Under the pieces are notes generated by a model. That model was given only the letters and a program-made list of their open reading frames with translations. It did no database searches and had not been told where the DNA came from. A stretch of DNA of 64,000 nt. Source: Lutibacter sp. (GTDB lineage: Bacteria; Bacteroidota; Bacteroidia; Flavobacteriales; Flavobacteriaceae). Shown piece after piece: positions 57,968 to 64,000 of this stretch. Position numbers and translations under genes: made by a program. Numbering within the stretch: the stretch's first letter is position 1; every line of letters starts with the position of its first letter. Location: positions 46,891 to 110,890 of the forward strand of contig JAVVEF010000001.1 in NCBI GenBank assembly GCA_032251275.1. The letters are read 5' to 3'.

Positions 57968-58684
57968 ATGAATTGTATTGTTATTGATGATGATGAAATT
58001 GTAAGAGTTATTATTGAAAAGTTAATTTCGAAAAATACAAATTTAGATCTGGTATCCAGTTTCAACAATCCTATTGAAGCGCTTAAATATTTAAACCAAA
58101 ACAGTGTCGATCTTATTTTTTTAGACATTTATATGCCTGCTTTTACAGGTTTTGATTTACTGCAAACCTTAAAGAATCCTCCTAAAGTAATTTTAATCAG
58201 TTCTAGCTCAAATTTTGCTTTGGAAGCTTTTGAATACAATTGCGTGGTAGATTATTTGGAAAAACCAATTTCCCAGGTGCGATTGGACAAAGCTGTTGAA
58301 AAGGCTAAATTATTTTCCGATACCAAAAATTTGCTTCCTGTTTTTCCAATAATAACAGCTGTAAATGAGTCTAAAACCGAATTGTACGTTAACATTTTTA
58401 AACGTCTGGTAAAAATTAATTATGACAGCATCAATTTAATTGAAGCAAAAGGCGATTATATTCTGATTAAAACCGACAAAGAAAATTACACGGTGCACTC
58501 AACCCTTAAAAAAATTGAAGAAAAATTGCCCGAAAGGCTATTTTTAAAAGTGCACAGGTCTTATATCATCAACATTAATAAGATTGTTGATATTGAAGAT
58601 AGTAGTGTACTTATTGGGAAAAATGTAGTTCCCGTAAGCAGGTCGAGCAAACCGGAATTAATCAAACGCCTAAATTTACTGTAA
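57968..58684 (+). CDS. LytTR-family response regulator
   Basis: REC IFLDIYMP...YLEKP; LytTR FLKVHRSYIIN. Confidence 0.95.
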   Translation: MNCIVIDDDEIVRVIIEKLISKNTNLDLVSSFNNPIEALKYLNQNSVDLIFLDIYMPAFTGFDLLQTLKNPPKVILISSSSNFALEAFEYNCVVDYLEKPISQVRLDKAVEKAKLFSDTKNLLPVFPIITAVNESKTELYVNIFKRLVKINYDSINLIEAKGDYILIKTDKENYTVHSTLKKIEEKLPERLFLKVHRSYIININKIVDIEDSSVLIGKNVVPVSRSSKPELIKRLNLL

Positions 58685-58735
58685 AATAAAATCGATTATA
58701 AACCCCAATTTATTAGCAAAAATAAATTTTTAAAA

Positions 58736-59518
58736 ATGAAAAAATCCTTACTGTTTCTTTTATTATTTTTGAGTTTTCAGATCTCAAATGCCGGTGTTGT
58801 CATCCTTAATGGCTTAACACATGTGCATCAATCGGCTTCCGGACAATTAATCACCGGAGTCATCAGTTTAAAAAACACCGATGCAACAGAGCAACGCGTT
58901 ATTATCTATTTCAATGATTTGTTTCAAGAATGCGGCAGTGAAACAGTTTTAACGGCGAACAACAGTCATAAAAATTCTATCAAAAACTGGTTGTCCACCA
59001 ATGTCAACGAACACGTTTTTCAGGCAAACGAAGCCTATGAACTTATTTACACCATCAATGTGCCCAATGATGTTGAAATTGACGGTTCTTATTGGGGCGT
59101 TTTAATGGTTGAAATTGAAAAACCAATAAAAGAAGATGAATTGGAATTTGGCGTAAAATTGGAATCAAAGGTAAGATATGGCATTCAAATTATTGCTGAC
59201 ATTAATGAAAGAACACCTTCAGAACTTGAATTTTATGACATTAAAATTGAAGAACCTGACGGAAATAAACTGATAAATGTTGATTTAAAAAATTTAGGAA
59301 CATTTTATGTAGAGCCAACCTTAATTCTTGAAGTATTTAATGCCAACGGGGAACAGGCAAAAAAAGTGGAAGTTAAATTTAAAAAAGTGTATCCAAATTC
59401 CTGTAAATCATTTTCGCTTGATATTTCAGGCTTGCCAAAAGGCGCTTATTCTACGGTATTAATAGCCGATTATGGCAAAAATATTTATTCCATTGATTTG
59501 GAATTTGAAAATAAATAG
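58736..59518 (+). CDS. Secreted two-Ig-domain protein, fimbrial-chaperone/DUF916-like
   Basis: Signal peptide; W...Y.INVP...GSYWGVLMVE...RYGIQI, then KNLGTFYVEP second domain. Confidence 0.6.
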   Translation: MKKSLLFLLLFLSFQISNAGVVILNGLTHVHQSASGQLITGVISLKNTDATEQRVIIYFNDLFQECGSETVLTANNSHKNSIKNWLSTNVNEHVFQANEAYELIYTINVPNDVEIDGSYWGVLMVEIEKPIKEDELEFGVKLESKVRYGIQIIADINERTPSELEFYDIKIEEPDGNKLINVDLKNLGTFYVEPTLILEVFNANGEQAKKVEVKFKKVYPNSCKSFSLDISGLPKGAYSTVLIADYGKNIYSIDLEFENK

Positions 59519-59569
59519 CCACAACATATATAATGACTATAAAAAATACTGTCTTTTTTCAGTTTTAAT

Positions 59570-62296
59570 TTGAGAAATTTTTCCGAAATAACAACATTAA
59601 CCTATTTTTTTCTTTTAATATTGATCTTATTTTCAATGACAAAAGTTGAAGCACAACATAGTGTTGTTGAAATTTCTGCAAAAAATATCCCAGAAAATTT
59701 AGTTCCCGGAAAAAATTATACCATCGCTTTCGAAATTTCAAATACCACCGGCAATCCGTTGAATTTAAGCAGTGAGTTTATGGTTTCAGACCAGTTTTAT
59801 CTGACTACAAACCTAAAAAAGTTGGAGGTTGCCGCAAATAACAAAAAAATTGTGCTGTTTACTTTTGGCATCAATAGCCATTGCGCAGCCGGCGCTTACA
59901 CAGCATTGCTGAAAATTACAAATACCAATAGCAATGTGCCAATTGCTTCTCAGGAAATAGCGCTTAGCGTGTCTAAATTATACAATTTAACTGTTGAGGT
60001 TTTAAATTCACCTGAATATTTGCGGCTTGAGAAAGAATATTATTGTGAATATTTAGTGACAAATAATGGGAACAGTGAAGAGAAAATAATTTTTGAATCG
60101 AGCAATGCGCTTAAAATAGTTCCGGAAAACGCGGTGTTAAAACCAGATTCTTCGATGGTTGTGGCTGTTTACCAGCAGGTTCCTGGAAATGTGCGCAGCA
60201 AAACCATGGTTTTGAATAACTTAAAGGCTTATCTCATTTCAAACGATTTAATGTTTTCAAATCGCGTGGCAATCACACTTTACCCAAACAACACCAAAAA
60301 ACCCGATTTGTACCACCGTTTCCCAGTTACCGTTTCCACTATTTTTAACTCATTAAAAGGTTTGGATACCTTGAATGTTTTTAAATTTAAGGTGAGCGGA
60401 CAAGGTTTTTTGGACAAGGGCAATGAACATTATTTAAATTTTGAATATTCCGGTCCCAGCCAAAGCGATATTGTGCGATTCGGCGATTATGAAAGGTACA
60501 GCCTGCTTTACAAAAACAAAAAAATAGAAGTTGTTGCAGGGCACGTAAATTTTTCGCTTTCCAATATTACCGAAACTTCGCGTTATGGAACCGGCGGAAT
60601 TTTAAGCTACGATTTTGGAAAAACTACCGCAACCGTATTTTACGTAAAACCACGTTTCACTAAACAAATCTCCGATTCGTATGGCGGTAAAATTTCTCAG
60701 GATTTATCGGATAAAGCGTATTTGGAAATGGGATTTATCAACAGGACGCTGTTTGAAGACAATGAAGAATTCAATTCCAAAATTTTTAACATCGCTTCTT
60801 TTTACACCCTTAACCGATTTAAAATGAATGGTGAAATTGCTTACGAAAGCAATTATAAAACGAACGGACTTGCCTATTCTTTGGAAGCCTATTTAAATTT
60901 AAAAAAGTGGGATTTTATCAATTCCGCGCAATATTCCGATAAAAATTATAAGGGCTATATCAGAAACAGCAAGCAATTGTTGTCGCTGGCAAATTACCGG
61001 TTCAGCAAAAAAATTGATATGCAAATAGGGGCGGAGTATCGTGCCATCAATCCGGTAAGAGACACCATTAATTACAGTTCGTCGCCAATAACCACCAAAT
61101 ATCAGGCGTACTTTAATTACAACATCAACAGAAATAACAAGATTAGGGTAGGAGGATATTACCGGAATAAGGAAGACCAGTTAAGTTTGCAGAACTATAA
61201 TTTTGAAGAAAAACTGGCAACGCTTTCATTTTATAGCCGGATGCCTTACAAATACGATTTAATGTGGCAAAATCGCATTGGAAAAACCATTAATTTCTTG
61301 GCAAACAGCACCGAGCCACAAAGCACGCTTTTTAGTTCCTTAAGTATTTCAGCAAATATTTTTAGAAATTTAATTGTTGGCGTTAATGGCGATTACCAGC
61401 AAAGCAACAAGCAATCCGCAGAAAATAAAGTAGTTAAAACATTTTATTACGGCGGAAATTTACGCTACAATTTAAAATCGTACTTAAATGTGAGTGCCTT
61501 TTACAAAAAAAATTACGATTTTGATGAGTTGGATGAAGCCCAAAATTATTTACAGGCGCAAGTAAATTATAACTACCAAAGAAAACATTTGTTGAGCCTG
61601 GCAGTTTCACAAACGAGTTTGCCGGTTTTCCCCATCAAAAAGGAACTTTTAATTACGGCATCTTACAGTTTTGTGGTGAATGCGCCTATTTCAAAAAATA
61701 AAACGGTAGGCTCTTTAATCGGTAAAATTACATCCGATGAAAAAGTTAATTTAGAAGGGATTCTTGTGTTGTTGGATGAGCATATTGCCATTACCAATGA
61801 AAAAGGCGTTTTCCATTTCTACAATCTAATACCCAAAACCTATCGTTTGTACGTGAAACAATCGAGTTTGCCAAAAAATAAAATTATTGTGATGCAACAG
61901 CCAATTGACATCGATATTGTCCCAAATAAAGAAACCGAAGTGGTACTTGAAATGGGAAATACAGGCACTTTATTTGGACAAATTATTTTTGAGGAAACAA
62001 CAGTGATGCAATCTTCAAAATTCATCAAAAAATTGCCTATTTTGGTGGTGAAAATTACCAAAGAGGACAAAACCTATTATACCAAAACCGACAAAGACGG
62101 CAAATTTTGGTTTAAAGAATTGACACCCGGCGATTGGACGGTAGAGTTGGTTGTCAGAAATTTACTGAACGATTTTACTTTTAGTGAAACGCAAAAAACA
62201 ATTGTTGTGCTGTCAAATGAAGAATTGAAGGCTCTTTTTAAAGCCACCAACAAAAATAGGGAAGTTAAAAAAAGCGATAAAATATTTAAATTATGA
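59570..62296 (+). CDS. Large secreted protein, putative usher-like outer-membrane protein
   Basis: Signal peptide, two N-terminal Ig-like repeats, about 500 aa of amphipathic beta strands, and two C-terminal TNEKGVFHF/TDKDGKFWF beta-sandwich domains. Confidence 0.55.
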   Translation: MRNFSEITTLTYFFLLILILFSMTKVEAQHSVVEISAKNIPENLVPGKNYTIAFEISNTTGNPLNLSSEFMVSDQFYLTTNLKKLEVAANNKKIVLFTFGINSHCAAGAYTALLKITNTNSNVPIASQEIALSVSKLYNLTVEVLNSPEYLRLEKEYYCEYLVTNNGNSEEKIIFESSNALKIVPENAVLKPDSSMVVAVYQQVPGNVRSKTMVLNNLKAYLISNDLMFSNRVAITLYPNNTKKPDLYHRFPVTVSTIFNSLKGLDTLNVFKFKVSGQGFLDKGNEHYLNFEYSGPSQSDIVRFGDYERYSLLYKNKKIEVVAGHVNFSLSNITETSRYGTGGILSYDFGKTTATVFYVKPRFTKQISDSYGGKISQDLSDKAYLEMGFINRTLFEDNEEFNSKIFNIASFYTLNRFKMNGEIAYESNYKTNGLAYSLEAYLNLKKWDFINSAQYSDKNYKGYIRNSKQLLSLANYRFSKKIDMQIGAEYRAINPVRDTINYSSSPITTKYQAYFNYNINRNNKIRVGGYYRNKEDQLSLQNYNFEEKLATLSFYSRMPYKYDLMWQNRIGKTINFLANSTEPQSTLFSSLSISANIFRNLIVGVNGDYQQSNKQSAENKVVKTFYYGGNLRYNLKSYLNVSAFYKKNYDFDELDEAQNYLQAQVNYNYQRKHLLSLAVSQTSLPVFPIKKELLITASYSFVVNAPISKNKTVGSLIGKITSDEKVNLEGILVLLDEHIAITNEKGVFHFYNLIPKTYRLYVKQSSLPKNKIIVMQQPIDIDIVPNKETEVVLEMGNTGTLFGQIIFEETTVMQSSKFIKKLPILVVKITKEDKTYYTKTDKDGKFWFKELTPGDWTVELVVRNLLNDFTFSETQKTIVVLSNEELKALFKATNKNREVKKSDKIFKL

Positions 62297-62835
62297 AGCA
62301 ACTAATTTTCATCCTATGCGGATTGTGTGCGATTTCAAGTTATGCTCAAGTTACAGAAAGTGTTACTGCTTCATTTACCTTAAATGAAGTGGCAATGTTG
62401 GATCTAGAGCCCAGCAATTCAACGGTTACGCTAAATTTATCTTCTGCTATTGAAGCAGGTGAAATGGCTACTGTTGAAACGACGAATAACGACCAATGGA
62501 TTAATTTTTCATCGGCTGTTTTTGAAAATACCTCCAGAAGTATTTCTATTAATATTGATGGGCAAGTTCCTTCGGGAATTAATTTAATATTGAGTACTTC
62601 AAAATATACAGGTAATGGCAAAGGTGCGTTGGGTGAGCCCGTCGGTAATGGGATCCTGACATTAAACAACACCCTGCAAACAGTAATTTCCAATATTAGA
62701 GGCGCTTATACCGGAGATGGCATCAATAACGGATATAAACTTACTTATTCATTGGAAATTTACGATTATAAATTACTGGACTTCAACCAAACGGCAACTT
62801 TGTCTATTACTTTAACTTTAACCGATTCTATATGA
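62293..62835 (+). CDS. Secreted all-beta protein, putative pilin-like subunit
   Basis: Signal peptide, N-terminal alternating strand VTASFTLNEVAMLDL and C-terminal strand LSITLTLTD; ATGA overlap with the upstream gene. Confidence 0.5.
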   Translation: MKQLIFILCGLCAISSYAQVTESVTASFTLNEVAMLDLEPSNSTVTLNLSSAIEAGEMATVETTNNDQWINFSSAVFENTSRSISINIDGQVPSGINLILSTSKYTGNGKGALGEPVGNGILTLNNTLQTVISNIRGAYTGDGINNGYKLTYSLEIYDYKLLDFNQTATLSITLTLTDSI

Positions 62836-63350
62836 AAAAATTAATTTTTATGTGCTTTTTAGCAATTTCTAATAATTTGTTTTGTCAAGGTAATGGAAAC
62901 GGAGATAGTTTTACTGTTACTGTCATTAATGGTAATATGGCTAATATTACTATTCCAATAAATGACATAACCGAAGCTGGGAATGACTATTATAATAAGG
63001 ACTATGAAAGTGATTTAGGTTCTCAGACTGAAATATTGATAAGTTCAACTTTCCAAAATCAACTATTTACTGTTATAATTAATAGAGGAGATGATGATCC
63101 TGCTTGGCCCTTAGGTTTCCCAGATCTGGATCTTCAAATGAAAGTATCTTCCAGTTCAAGTCTAATATCACCAGGATATCAACCATTTAAATCAATCCCA
63201 TATAACAACGGAAGTCTAAGTCAATTTAGTTTCGATATTGGAGGCAACAAAATAAACCAGATGATAGTCGATTATAAAATTAAGGGTATAAGTGTGCTGC
63301 TACCAGTTAATACCTATAAAACCACCATTTTTTTTACAATAATGATGTGA
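62832..63350 (+). CDS. Secreted all-beta protein, putative minor pilin/WxL-like subunit
   Basis: Signal peptide and C-terminal VDYKI...NTYKTTIFFTIM strand; ATGA overlap. Confidence 0.45.
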   Translation: MKKLIFMCFLAISNNLFCQGNGNGDSFTVTVINGNMANITIPINDITEAGNDYYNKDYESDLGSQTEILISSTFQNQLFTVIINRGDDDPAWPLGFPDLDLQMKVSSSSSLISPGYQPFKSIPYNNGSLSQFSFDIGGNKINQMIVDYKIKGISVLLPVNTYKTTIFFTIMM

Positions 63351-63411
63351 TAATATTATCAATGGTAAAAGATAACGAATTAAAAAATCAAAACAACTAA
63401 ACACATAGAAA

Positions 63412-64000
63412 ATGCCCGTAAAAATACTTTTTATTGAAGAAAATGGCACAAAGCAAGAAGCCCTAAAATTGTGTCTTACACAAGACACAGGCATTCAATA
63501 TAACATCATCGCGGATTTTAGGGAATTGGATGCAGCTTTAAATTCTGGGACTTACACGCATTTGGTTGTACAATCTGTTGTTAACAATGAGTCTGTTTTG
63601 GCATTTGGCGACTTTATGAAACTGCCTTTACTGGTTGTAAATGATGCCGGGTTGGATTTGTCGGGAACTTCTTATGCAAGCACAAAATCACCCTTGACAT
63701 ATTCGGCATTGTTTGATTTTTTGGTGGAAAGCACGCCAGTTTCTTATGCATCTATGGAAGAATACGCGATGGATGACCAGGAGTTTTTTGATCAATTAAA
63801 AGGATTGATGGTGGATGAATTCAAGCTTAATTTTGAGGAAATTCCGGCATTGATTGAAAACAAAAATTTGGCGGAATTAAAAAGCAGGGCGCACCAATTG
63901 GGCAGCAAATTTGCAATGCTCGATTTGCCTTTGTCTGCACTCCTATGCAAAGAAGTTGATGTCAATATTTTAAATGATGCCGAACCCCAACTGCAAAATA
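63412..64000 (+). CDS. Degenerate receiver + Hpt domain protein (runs off the window end)
   Basis: Not in the ORF track. Hand translation MPVKILFIEENG...YAMDDQEFFDQLKGLMVDEF...ELKSRAHQLGSKFAMLDL; open to 64000. Confidence 0.75.
   Translation, partial: MPVKILFIEENGTKQEALKLCLTQDTGIQYNIIADFRELDAALNSGTYTHLVVQSVVNNESVLAFGDFMKLPLLVVNDAGLDLSGTSYASTKSPLTYSALFDFLVESTPVSYASMEEYAMDDQEFFDQLKGLMVDEFKLNFEEIPALIENKNLAELKSRAHQLGSKFAMLDLPLSALLCKEVDVNILNDAEPQLQN

Noticed and set aside
2191-63494. The many 60-160 aa ORFs in the track that lie antisense or out of frame within longer genes (e.g. 2191-2475, 5035-5442, 11303-11560, 20230-20547, 27187-27657, 38732-39142, 56717-57076, 62346-62693)
   Set aside because: They are shadows of well-supported genes, with no recognisable motifs and atypical composition

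Overview
AT-rich bacterial chromosome segment from a Bacteroidetes, most likely a Flavobacteriaceae. This rests on TAnnTTTG promoter boxes, SusC-unrelated TonB receptors and the DUF4870/DUF819/DUF3667/DUF2339-DUF3999 families. It carries about 55 protein-coding genes. I found no rRNA, tRNA, CRISPR array, transposase or integrase. Most genes are ordinary: htpG, fabH-like, DPP11-type S46 peptidase, GH2, bfr, cbpA/cbpM, Dus, ABC exporter, ECF sigma. Three accessory loci stand out. (1) 3.2-9.0 kb: an Rrf2 regulator, anion porin, PstS-like protein, 1-Cys peroxiredoxin and PstCAB. The binding protein has lost the phosphate-binding Ser/Thr residues, the porin has no internal Met, and an operator-like palindrome covers the -33 box. 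This is a candidate sulfur-starvation oxyanion importer that would be annotated as a phosphate transporter. (2) 47.5-50.2 kb: a low-GC two-gene insert of a TerB-like/PD-(D/E)XK nuclease and a voltage-gated cation channel with a TVEGW filter, a candidate defence module. (3) 58.7-63.4 kb: a chaperone/usher/pilin-like four-gene cluster embedded in phosphorelay genes. There are also three coding anomalies (an amber stop in a TonB receptor, a -1 frameshift in a GNAT gene, and an RluA gene lacking a canonical start) and several families of intergenic palindromic and heptamer repeats. All family assignments come from motif recognition by eye, not database searches.
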